NCBI GenBank assembly: GCA_050618075.1
Contig: JBNLVL010000026.1
Span: forward strand, 58,558 to 122,557
Length of the DNA: 64,000 bases
Direction of reading: 5' to 3'
Source: Myxococcota bacterium
GTDB lineage: Bacteria > Myxococcota_A > UBA9160 > UBA4427
Part shown: piece by piece, positions 7,619 to 17,200 of the stretch
Layout of the letters: each line of letters starts with the position of its first letter
Numbering within the stretch: the stretch's first letter is position 1
Notes under the pieces: generated by a model
Told to the model about the DNA's origin: nothing
Database searches by the model: none
The model's input: only the letters and a program-made list of their open reading frames with translations
Translations under genes and position numbers: made by a program

Positions 7619-9705
7619 GCTGGCGGCTCGCGGGGCTCGCCGCGATCGCGGCGCTCGTGGTCGGCGCGGGCGTGCTGGTGCTCTCGGTGCCGCCCATCCA
7701 GTGGCGCGCCCAGCTGATCGTCCTCCAGGCCCGGGGCGAGATCTACGACCTCTCGTGGTCCGAGCTGCTGCGCATGATCGTGCCGCGAAGCGGCTACTAC
7801 CTCGAAGACCTGGTGGAGACCCGGAATCCGTTCGGCACCATCGAGAACCCCTACGAGACGCCCGAGGACGTCGAGGCCGGCGAGGCCGTGTTCCGCACCC
7901 ACTGCGCGAACTGTCACGGCACGGCCGGCACCGGCGGAGTGGGGCCGGCCCTCGACAGCGCCGACCTCAAGCACGGCGACACCGACTGGTGGCTCTACCG
8001 GGCGATGACCCGCGGCATCCCCGGCACGGCCATGGTGGGCCGCGACCTCGACGACCGCGAGGCCTGGCAGGTGGTCGCGTACATCCGCTCCATCGAGAAG
8101 AAGGACCCGAGCCTCGCCGAGCTCGAGGGGCCCGAGGTCGAGGTCGCGCCCGTGGGCTACGACCGTCTGCTCGCCGGCCGCGCCGAGGCCCGCAGCTGGC
8201 TCACCTACTCCGGCGACTACGACGGCAAGCGCTACAGCGACCTCGCGGAGATCGACGCCGCCAACGCCGGCGACCTGAAGCTGCTCTGGATGCACCAGAC
8301 CGACGCGGTCGACGAGTACCTCGAGACGTCGCCCATCGTGAACGACGGCGTCATGTACATCACCGACTCGCCGGGCGGTGTCCACGCCCTCGACGCCGCG
8401 ACCGGGGTCGTGCTGTGGTCGTTCAACCGGCCCGTGCCCGAGAGGCTCTCCCTGTGCTGCGGCCACGTGAACCGCGGCGTGGCCATTCTCGGCGACACCG
8501 TCTACTGGGCCACCATCGACTCCCACCTGCTGGCCCTCGACGCGAGGACCGGCGAGGAGCGCTGGCAGGTGGAGGTGGCCGAGCACGAGGCCGGCTACAC
8601 GATCACCTCGGCGCCCCTGGTGGTGAAGGACCTGGTGCTGATCGGCGTCTCCGGGGGCGAGTACGGCATCCGGGGCCACCTGGACGCCTACCGCGCCTCC
8701 ACCGGCGAGAGGGTCTGGCGCTTCTACACCATTCCGGCGCCCGGTGAGCCCGGAAGCGAGACCTGGAGCGGAGACTCCTGGAAGACCGGCGGCGCCGGTG
8801 CGTGGCTCACGGGCTCGTTCGACCCCGAGCTGAACCTCCTCTACTGGGGGACCGGCAACCCGGGCCCCCTGTACCACGGCGACACCCGACTCGGAGACAA
8901 CCTCTACGCCAACAGCGTGGTGGCGCTCGACGTCGACACCGGGGAGATGCGCTGGTACTTCCAGTTCACCCCCCACGATCTCCACGACTGGGCCGCGAAC
9001 CAGATTCCCGTGCTGGTGGACCGGCCCTGGGAAGGCGAGGAGCGGTCGCTCCTGCTGACGGCCAACCGCAACGGCTTCTTCTACGCCCTCGACCGCGAGA
9101 CCGGCGAGTACCTGATGGCCGAGCCGTTCGTGAAGCAGAACTGGGCGGTGGAGATCGACGCCGACGGTCGGCCGGTCCTCGACGACAACGCCATCCCCAC
9201 GCCGGAGGGGACGATCACCTGGCCCTCGCCCCACGGCGGGACCAACTGGCAGTCGCCCGCCTACAGTCCGCGCACGGACCTCTTCTACGTGCCGGCCCTC
9301 GACGGCGGTCGCATCGTCTACAAGCAGGGCGACACGCCGCGCTACGAGCGGGGCGAGTTCTACATCGGAAGCATGCACCAGATGATCTCGCGCAATCACC
9401 CGCTGGTGGCCAAGCTGCGGGCCATCGACCCGGACACCGGCGAGGTCGTCTGGTCCTACGACAATCCGCCGCGGGACACCCTGTGGCGGACCGGCGGCGT
9501 GCTGGCGACCGCGGGAGACATCGTGGTCGGCGGGGACTTCACGTCGCTCTACGCCCTCGACGCCCGCGACGGCCGGGAGCTCTGGCGCATGAACGTCGGG
9601 GGCTACGTGAACGCGGCGCCCATCACCTACGAGGTGGAGGGGCGCCAGCAGATCACGGTCGCGGCCGGCCGCTCGATCCTCACCTTCGGCCTGCCCACCC
9701 GCTAG
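7615..9705 (+). CDS. PQQ-dependent dehydrogenase (quinoprotein beta-propeller) with N-terminal TM anchor and cytochrome c domain
   Basis: ATGA overlap with the epimerase stop. An N-terminal hydrophobic helix is followed by a CANCH haem-binding motif. The vicinal Cys pair LSLCCGHVNRG and repeated W/propeller motifs are typical of PQQ alcohol/glucose dehydrogenases. Confidence 0.9.
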   Translation: MSWRLAGLAAIAALVVGAGVLVLSVPPIQWRAQLIVLQARGEIYDLSWSELLRMIVPRSGYYLEDLVETRNPFGTIENPYETPEDVEAGEAVFRTHCANCHGTAGTGGVGPALDSADLKHGDTDWWLYRAMTRGIPGTAMVGRDLDDREAWQVVAYIRSIEKKDPSLAELEGPEVEVAPVGYDRLLAGRAEARSWLTYSGDYDGKRYSDLAEIDAANAGDLKLLWMHQTDAVDEYLETSPIVNDGVMYITDSPGGVHALDAATGVVLWSFNRPVPERLSLCCGHVNRGVAILGDTVYWATIDSHLLALDARTGEERWQVEVAEHEAGYTITSAPLVVKDLVLIGVSGGEYGIRGHLDAYRASTGERVWRFYTIPAPGEPGSETWSGDSWKTGGAGAWLTGSFDPELNLLYWGTGNPGPLYHGDTRLGDNLYANSVVALDVDTGEMRWYFQFTPHDLHDWAANQIPVLVDRPWEGEERSLLLTANRNGFFYALDRETGEYLMAEPFVKQNWAVEIDADGRPVLDDNAIPTPEGTITWPSPHGGTNWQSPAYSPRTDLFYVPALDGGRIVYKQGDTPRYERGEFYIGSMHQMISRNHPLVAKLRAIDPDTGEVVWSYDNPPRDTLWRTGGVLATAGDIVVGGDFTSLYALDARDGRELWRMNVGGYVNAAPITYEVEGRQQITVAAGRSILTFGLPTR

Positions 9706-9724
9706 CTCGGCGAGCGCGATCGAC

Positions 9725-9771
9725 GCCGCTTCGCTGCTCCTGCGCTGCTCGGGGCCCCCTGCTCCCCCGAC
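9725..9771. repeat. Partial copy of the dispersed GCCGCTTCGC-type repeat family
   Basis: GCCGCTTCGCTGCTCCTGCGCTGCTCGGGGCCCCCTGCTCCCCCGAC lies in a convergent intergenic gap. It shares the terminal module and an identical 21-mer (GGGGCCCCCTGCTCCCCCGAC) with 46238-46258. Confidence 0.7.
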
Positions 9772-9874
9772 TCGGGACCGGGCAGCCGGCGGTCGGGCGG
9801 GATGGCGAGGCGGCTCGAACCCCGGTGGCTGGCCGGCCTGGCTCGAGGAGCGCAGCTGCAGCGGAGCGGCGCGC

Positions 9875-12049
9875 TCAGCTCGGGGGTTGGGGAGGTTCGT
9901 TCCAGGAGAGGTCGTGGGAGGCGATGGGGAGGGTGCGGACCCGGTGGCCCGTGGCGCGGGCGATGGCGTTGCACAGGGCCGGGGCCAGGGGCGGCAGGCC
10001 GGGCTCGCCGATGCCACCCCACTTGTCGCCTCCCGAGAGCGCCAGGTGGGTCTCCATCACCGGCGTCTCGGCGAGCGTGAGGACCCGGTACGAGTCGAAG
10101 TTGCCCTCGCGGACGCGACCGTCCTCGAGGGTCATCCGGCCGTAGAGGGCGGCGGTCAGGCCGAAGACGATGGCGCCCTCGATCTGCTCCTCGATGGTGA
10201 GCGGATTCACCGCGTGGCCGCAGTCCAGCGCCGAGACCACCCGCTCGACCCGGAGCCGGCCTTCCCGGGAGACCTGCACCTCGACCACCTGACCGACGAT
10301 GGTCCCCATGGCCTCGTGGACGGCCATGCCCTGGGCCCGGCCCTCGCCGAGGGGCCGGCCCCAGCCCGCGCGCTCGGCCAGCACGTCGAGCACCCGGACG
10401 AAGTCGGGCCGGTGGGCCAGGAGCGAGCGGCGCAGCGCCAGGGGATCGCGCTCCGCGGCCAGGGCGACCTCGTCCAGGAACGACTCGAGGGCGAAGGCGT
10501 TCTGGGAGTGTCCAACCGAGCGCCAGATGCCCACCGGCACCGGGGTGCGGCGCATGCGGTGCTCGAGCCGCTTCGACGGGATGGCGTGGGGCAGCTCCGC
10601 GAGCCCCATGATGGAGGTCTTGTCGAGGCCGTCGACCAGGTGCTTGGGGCTGTCGGCGAAGATGGGGTGGGCGACCGAGCGGCCATGGATGGACGTGGGC
10701 GCACCCGCGTCGTCCAGGGTGGCTCGGAAGCGGAAGGCCGCCGTCGGGCGGTAGAAGCCCTGGCGGGTGTCCTCCTCCCGGCTCCAGACGAGCTGCACCG
10801 GGACGCCCGCCGCCATGGCGACGCGCACGGCGTCGGCCACGGGGCGGTCGTCGCTGCGGCGGCCGAAGGCGCCTCCCACCAGCTGGCCGTGGACGTGGAC
10901 CTCCTCGGGGTCGCGGCCGGTCAGGCGCGCCGCCGTGCGCAGGGCGCTCTCCTGGTTCTGGGTGCCCACCCAGACGTCCACGCGGTCGTCGGCGATGGCG
11001 ACCGTGCAGTTCTGCGGCTCCATGCACGCGTGGGCCAGGTACGGCACCTGGTATTCGGCCTCGACCGCCCGGGCCGGGTCGTCGGGCGCGGCGGGACCTT
11101 CTTCGAGGAACACCTGCCCCGGCTCGTCGAGCGCGGCGCGGAAGGCGTCGTCGATCTGGTCGCTGGAGAGCCGCTCGACGCCTCGGGTGTCCCACTCGAC
11201 GGGCAGGGCGTCGAGGGCGGTGCGCGCCCGCCAGGTCGAGTCGGCCACCACCGCCACCGCGTCGTCCAGGGCGACCACGGCGACGACGCCCGGGCGACCG
11301 CGCACCGCATCGGCGTCGTGGGACGCCAGCCGGCCCCCGAAGACCGGGCAGTGGAGGATGGCCCCGTAGCGCATGCCCGGGATGCGGACGTCGATCGCGT
11401 AGCGGGCGGAGCCGTCCACCTTCGAAGGCACGTCCAGGCGTGGGGTGGGCGTGCCGAGGAGGGTGAAGGCCTCGGGGGCCTTCAGGGTCAGGGGCTCGTC
11501 GCCCAGCTCGACCCGTGCCGCCTCGGCCGCCAGCTCTCCATAGGAGAGGGAGCGCCCGCCTCCGCGCTCGGAGATGCGACCCATGCGGGCTTCGCAGGCG
11601 GAGACCGGCACCTGCCAGCGCGCCGCGGCCGCGCGGCGCAGGCGCTCGCGGGCGTTGGCGCCGGCTTCCTGGAGGTAGTGGCGCGAGTAGCGCACCGCTC
11701 CGCTGCCGCCGGTGTTGAAGCTCCGGTAGGTCCCGCCGTTGCGAATGCTGCGATTCACGTCCGCCACCTCGAACGTGACCCGCTGCCAGTCGCACTCGAG
11801 CTCCTCGGCCACGATCATGGGCAGCGAGGTGAGCACGCCCTGGCCCAGCTCGGAGCGGGCGACCCGGACGGTGATGGTGTCGTCGGGGTCGATGGTGAGC
11901 CAGGCGTTCACCTCCCCCTCGATGGCGAGATCGGGCGCGAAGAGGTCGTCCTCCTTGCGGCCGCAGGCCGGAAGGTGGAAGGCCAGCACGAGTCCGCCGG
12001 TCGCTCCGACCGTGGCCTCGAGGAAGCGGCGCCGGGTGAGGGGGGCCAC
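9875..12049 (-). CDS. Molybdopterin-binding oxidoreductase large subunit (IorB / aldehyde oxidase family), Tat-exported
   Basis: 724-aa ORF with GTG start. Twin-arginine N-terminus TRRRFLEATVGATGG. The body is typical of isoquinoline 1-oxidoreductase beta / xanthine dehydrogenase family subunits. Confidence 0.9.
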   Translation of the reverse strand: MAPLTRRRFLEATVGATGGLVLAFHLPACGRKEDDLFAPDLAIEGEVNAWLTIDPDDTITVRVARSELGQGVLTSLPMIVAEELECDWQRVTFEVADVNRSIRNGGTYRSFNTGGSGAVRYSRHYLQEAGANARERLRRAAAARWQVPVSACEARMGRISERGGGRSLSYGELAAEAARVELGDEPLTLKAPEAFTLLGTPTPRLDVPSKVDGSARYAIDVRIPGMRYGAILHCPVFGGRLASHDADAVRGRPGVVAVVALDDAVAVVADSTWRARTALDALPVEWDTRGVERLSSDQIDDAFRAALDEPGQVFLEEGPAAPDDPARAVEAEYQVPYLAHACMEPQNCTVAIADDRVDVWVGTQNQESALRTAARLTGRDPEEVHVHGQLVGGAFGRRSDDRPVADAVRVAMAAGVPVQLVWSREEDTRQGFYRPTAAFRFRATLDDAGAPTSIHGRSVAHPIFADSPKHLVDGLDKTSIMGLAELPHAIPSKRLEHRMRRTPVPVGIWRSVGHSQNAFALESFLDEVALAAERDPLALRRSLLAHRPDFVRVLDVLAERAGWGRPLGEGRAQGMAVHEAMGTIVGQVVEVQVSREGRLRVERVVSALDCGHAVNPLTIEEQIEGAIVFGLTAALYGRMTLEDGRVREGNFDSYRVLTLAETPVMETHLALSGGDKWGGIGEPGLPPLAPALCNAIARATGHRVRTLPIASHDLSWNEPPQPPS

Positions 12050-12052
12050 GGC

Positions 12053-12526
12053 CTAGGGCTCCGGCTCGGGGTCCGCCGCGCCGACCGCCCGGTGGATGGC
12101 CAGCCGGATCCTCGCGTAGGTCCCGCAGCGGCAGAGGTTGGTCATGGCGCGGTCGATGTCGGCGTCGCTGGGGCTCGGCACGTCGGCGAGCAGGGCCACG
12201 GCGGCCATGATCTGCCCCGACTGGCAATAGCCGCACTGGGGCACGTCCTCGGCGATCCAGGCCTGCTGCACCGGGTGGAGGCGCTCGCCCTCGGCCAGCC
12301 CCTCGATGGTGGTCACCTCCTGATCGCCCACGGCGGACACCGGGTAGACGCACGAGCGCACGAGCTTTCCGCCCACGTGCACGCTGCAGGCGCCGCAGCG
12401 CGCGATGCCGCAGCCGTACTTCGTGCCCGTGAGGTCGAGGTGGTCGCGCAGGGCCCACAGGAGCGGGGTCTCGGGTTCGACGTCGAGACTGTGGACACGT
12501 CCGTTGACGGTGAGCTGGATGGTCAT
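12053..12526 (-). CDS. (2Fe-2S)-binding small subunit of molybdenum hydroxylase (IorA-like)
   Basis: Trimmed to ATG 12526 (MTIQLTVNG...). Motifs [13 protein letters not shown] and CGYCQSGQ...CRCGTY. The stop lies 3 nt before the large-subunit start. Confidence 0.9.
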   Translation of the reverse strand: MTIQLTVNGRVHSLDVEPETPLLWALRDHLDLTGTKYGCGIARCGACSVHVGGKLVRSCVYPVSAVGDQEVTTIEGLAEGERLHPVQQAWIAEDVPQCGYCQSGQIMAAVALLADVPSPSDADIDRAMTNLCRCGTYARIRLAIHRAVGAADPEPEP

Positions 12527-12716
12527 GCCGTGGTGCGCGGAGGTTCCCGTTTCGGCGAAGATAGCAGCTCGCACCACCGGGGCCGGCGGGCGCGCGCGGC
12601 GATTGACGGTCCGATGTGCATTCGCGAGTGTGCCCAGGCGGCGGTGGCAGCCGCGGGGCGACGGGCGCCTGCGGGCGGAGCGTCGCGGAGGGCGAGACCA
12701 TGAGCGGCGGTTTCGG

Positions 12717-13955
12717 GTGAAGGGCGCTTCCGGAGCGGGGCGGCGGTCGCGCGGTCGGACCGCGCTCTTCGTCGTGCTGGCCGCGTTGCTCTCGATCGCG
12801 ATCGTCGAGGTGTTCGCGCGGGTGGTCGTCCCGCCGCAGTGGCTCCACGACACCTACCCCGACGAGGACGCTCTGCTGGCCGAGCACCCCCAGCGCGGCT
12901 ACGGACTGCGCCGCGACCTCGTGCGCAGCTGGGCCCAGCACGACGGCGACTTCGAGGTCGAGGTGCGGCTCAACTCCGACGGGCAGCGCGACGCCGAGGC
13001 GGCCCTGGCGCGGCGGGCGGATCTCCGGATCCTGGCGGCCGGCGACTCGTTCACGTTCGGGATCGGGGTCGAGGGCGACGAGCGCTGGAGCGAGGTCCTG
13101 GAGGCGAGCCTCGCCCGGCGCTTCGCGGGGCAGGCCACGGTCTCCGTCTACAACGCCGGGGTGCCCGGCTACAGCGCCACCCAGATCCGACAGGTCATCG
13201 AGGAGTGGGTGCCCCGGCTCGAGCCCCGGCTCGTCGTCTTCGGGGCCTACGCCAACAGCTACTGGCGCGTGGAGACGCCGTACGAGCTGCTGGGCGGCAC
13301 CCTCGTCTCCTCCCGGGTGTCGAGCTACGTGCACGTGAGCCCCGAGGGCGACCTCATCGCCTCGGCCTTCGAGCCCGGCTGGCTGCGCCGTCTCGACGTC
13401 GGCCTGAAGCGCTTCCTGCACGTTGGAGCCCACCTGCTCTCGAGCGTGAACCGGTTCCGGCACTGGCCGCGCATGTCGGCGCGGCCGCTGGACGAGCCCT
13501 CGGTGCGGCGCGACTACGTCGCCGCGTCCCGCGAGATCGCGGCGGCCAACCGCTTCGTCGTGGAGCACGGCGGGCGCATGCTGCTGCTGGCGATCAACGG
13601 CCAGCAGAGAGACGGCTCGTTCCTCCCCATCGAGTCGGTCTACAACGACGTGCTGCGCCAGACCGCCGAGCGCGAGGGCATCCTCTTCGTCGAGTCGCTG
13701 CCCGAGCTCGCCCGGCTCGCCGATGGGCGCCGGATCTACCGCTTCGAGCACGACATCCACTGGACGCCCGCGGCCCACGAGGCGGCGGCGCGCCTGCTCG
13801 AGTCGCGGCTGGACCAGGCGGGGCTGCTGCCCGACGCGGGGCGCGGCGGGGATGCGGCCGGAGCCGGACGATCGAGCACGGGGCCGGGTCGCCCGGTGGA
13901 GGCGCGCAAGGGGCCGGGGCGCTTCGCCACGGCAGAAGCCGCCGCAAACCACTGA
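12717..13955 (+). CDS. Membrane-anchored SGNH/GDSL-family hydrolase
   Basis: GTG 12717 is chosen as the first in-frame start before the TM helix [22 protein letters not shown] block [11 protein letters not shown] and C-terminal DIHW..AH block. The exact start is uncertain. Confidence 0.75.
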   Translation: MKGASGAGRRSRGRTALFVVLAALLSIAIVEVFARVVVPPQWLHDTYPDEDALLAEHPQRGYGLRRDLVRSWAQHDGDFEVEVRLNSDGQRDAEAALARRADLRILAAGDSFTFGIGVEGDERWSEVLEASLARRFAGQATVSVYNAGVPGYSATQIRQVIEEWVPRLEPRLVVFGAYANSYWRVETPYELLGGTLVSSRVSSYVHVSPEGDLIASAFEPGWLRRLDVGLKRFLHVGAHLLSSVNRFRHWPRMSARPLDEPSVRRDYVAASREIAAANRFVVEHGGRMLLLAINGQQRDGSFLPIESVYNDVLRQTAEREGILFVESLPELARLADGRRIYRFEHDIHWTPAAHEAAARLLESRLDQAGLLPDAGRGGDAAGAGRSSTGPGRPVEARKGPGRFATAEAAANH

Positions 13956-14273
13956 GTCCCGCGCGTCCCCGAGCTCTCTCCCGGACCTCTCCCGGACGGC
14001 CTCACTTTGGGCGATCCCATTCTGGAAAAGTCCGCGGAATCGGTAGATCATGTGTCACCGGACTCCCGTCTCACGCCACCTACGTGCCGGGATGCTCCGG
14101 CCGAGAGTCCTCGTCGATCACCGACGACCGCGGTCGCCTGCACCGCGGGCTCCGCTCTCGGCGGAAACGAGCTGACCATCCGCAGGGATGTTGCCTTGGT
14201 TGCCCTTGTTGCCCCGGAGGGAAGATTGCGGACCCTGTCTCCTCACTGTGAGCGCGCGCCCGGACGTCGAGCC

Positions 14274-17200
14274 GTGAGCCGACGAGCGCTCCGGAGCGTG
14301 CTGCCGGCCGTGCTGGCGCTGCTCTGTCTCGGGGCCGGCCCGGCCCGGGCCCAGCTCGATCCCCACGTGGGTGGCCAGTGGAGCGGGATCCTGCCCTGGC
14401 CCCACATCGCGGTCTCCATGGCCAGCCTGCCCGACGGCCGCATCCTGACCTTCTCCTCCAACGAGCGGGACAGCTTCCCGGTGGACGTCGAGTTCACCTA
14501 CGCGGCGGTCTGGGACCCGGAGACCGGCGTCCACTCCGAGATTCCGCACCCCTCCCACGACATGTTCTGCGCCTCGCTGGTGACGCTCGAAGACGGCGAA
14601 GTGTTCGTGACCGGCGGCCGCAACAAGGGGCTGAGCCCGTTCACCAGCATCTTCGACTTCCGCACGGACTCCTGGATTCCCATGGAGGACATGAACCGGG
14701 GCCGCTGGTACCCGACCAGCATCGCGCTCCCCAACGGCCAGGTGTTCGTGGCCGTGGGCACGGGCGGTCAGCAGTATCCGGAGATCTGGACGCCCGGGTC
14801 GGGCTGGCAGCTGCTCACGGGAATCGACCTCACCGACCCCATCCTGCAGTACGGCTCGATCAACGGCGGCGATCAGTGGCCGCTGATGCACCTCGACCTC
14901 GACGGCAACATCCTCCACTACGGCGCCACGCCGATCATGCACTCCCTGGACCTCACCGGCCTGGGCAGCATCACGACGATCGGCCCCCACAACGCGCCCT
15001 GGCACGCCAAGGAAGCCGTCGCAGTGATGTACGACGAGGCGAAGCTGCTCGTCGCCGGCGGCGCCACCGCGATGACCGACGTCACGAGCGTGGCCAACGC
15101 GATGACCATCGACATCAGCGGGCCGGCGCCGGTCATCACCCAGATCGCGCCCATGAACTCGCCCCGGCAGTACCACAACGAGGTCATCCTTCCCGACGGC
15201 CGGGTGATCGTGATCGGCGGCAACACCAACGGCGAGAAGTTCGTGGACACCAGCGCGGTCCTCGCCCCCGAGGTCTGGGACCCGGACACCGGCGTCTGGA
15301 CGCTGTGGAACCCCCAGCAGGTGCCGCGGGTGTACCACTCGACGGCCATCCTCATGACCGACGGCCGGATCATCTCGGCGGGCGGCGGTCTCCGGAACCT
15401 CGGCAGCGAGGGCGACCATCTCGACGCCGAGATCTTCTCGCCGCCCTATCTCTTCGACGCACTCGACCAGCCCGCGGTGCGGCCCGTCATCACCGACGCC
15501 CCGGGTCTGCGGCGGATCGGGACGTCGTTCGGGGTCGAGGCCACGGCCGGGCTCTCGCGCTTCACGCTGATCAAGATGTCGGCCACGACCCACACGCAGA
15601 ACACCGACCTCCGGTTCCTGGAGGTGCCGTTCAGCGAGGACGCCCCCGGCGAGTACACCCTCACCCTCCACTCCGACGAGAACGTCCTCACCCCGGGCTA
15701 CTGGATGCTGTGGGCGCTCGACGCCCAGGACGTCCCCAGCGAGGCCCACGTCATCCAGATCGTGACCACCGGCCGGCCTCGGGCGCCGATTCCGGCCGAT
15801 CCGCGCAACCGCGTGGGAGACGTGGTCTCGCTCCAGATCGAGGCGGCGGACCCCGACGGCGATCCCTTGAACTTCGGCGCCAGCGGTCTGCCCGACGGCC
15901 TCGCGATCGATCCGGCCACCGGGCTCGTCACCGGCGTTCCCACCACGCCCGGCATCTTCAACGTCGACGTGCTGGTGGACGACGGCGTCGACTCGGTGGC
16001 GGTCGCCTTCCGCTGGTTCGTGGCGACCCCGCAGGTCCACAGCGAGATCGGCTCGGTCACGGTCGCCCAGGCGGATTCCGACGAGTGGCACGCGGTCTCG
16101 TTCGGCGACATCTTCGTCGACCCCATCGTGGTGATGGGGCCGCCCACGCGCAGCGACTCCGCGCCGGTGACGGTCCGCGTGCGCGACGTCACGCCGACGG
16201 GCTTCGAGTTCCAGATCGACGAGTGGGACTACCTGGACGGCGCCCACGGCTCGGAGACCCTGGCCTGGATGGCCGTCGACGCCGGCGCCCACGTGCTCGA
16301 CACCGGCGAGGCGCTCGTGGCCGGCGTCACCGAGTTCGTCGATCACGACTGGAAGACCCAGGACCTCCCGGCGGGCGCCTTCTCGGTCACGCCCCTGGTG
16401 CTGGCCCAGATCGTGACGTCCGGGCATCCCGAGGCGGCGGTCGACCGGCTCCAGAACGTCGGATCCGGCTCCTTCGAGGTCAAGCTCCAGGAGCAGGAGA
16501 AGGAAGACGGGCTGATCGGCGCGGAGAAGATCCACTGGATCGCCATCGAGCCCGGAGTGGACTCCGGAGGCGTGGTGGCCGACCTCACCGGGCCGGCCGT
16601 CGACCACGATCCCTACACCCTCGACTGGACGCCCGACTTCTCCGGAGCGCCCCAGCTGCTGGCGACCGCCCAGACCTACCTCAGCTACAACCCGATGGCC
16701 ATGCGCATGATGTCGACCAGTGCCGCGAGCACCGACATCTTCTGCGAGGAGGAGACCTCCAAGGACACGGAGCTCGCGCACTCCCAGGAGGACATCGGCT
16801 ACCTGGCTGCGGACCCGACGGTGTCCGGCCTCTCGCTCTCGCCGCTGTTCAACGACCCGCCGACCATCGACGACCCGGGCGACCAGACCAGCGAGCAGGG
16901 CACGGCGATCGCGCCGCTGATGCTGGTGGTGAACGACCTCGACGGCGATCCGGTCACGTTCGGCGCGGCGGGGCTGCCCGACGGCCTCGCCATCGATCCG
17001 CTCACCGGCGTCATCAGCGGTACGCCGACCACGCCGGGCGTCTCGACGGTGACCGTGACCGTGACCGACCAGCCCGGCGCGAGCGCCGACGCCGTGTTCG
17101 ACTGGACCATCAACGAGGAGCTGAGCCTCGCCCAGACCGCGGCGCCGCCCCAGGCGGCCGGCGACTCCGTCTCGCTGTCGGTCGTCCCGAGCTGGCCGGG

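Noticed and set aside
14190-14225. Sigma-54 type promoter (TGG-N..-TTGC) in cttggttgcccttgttgcc upstream of the giant gene.
   Set aside because: The GG/GC spacing is off by one from the TGGCAC-N5-TTGC consensus and the -24 element is poor. TTGCC repeats alone are not sufficient evidence.
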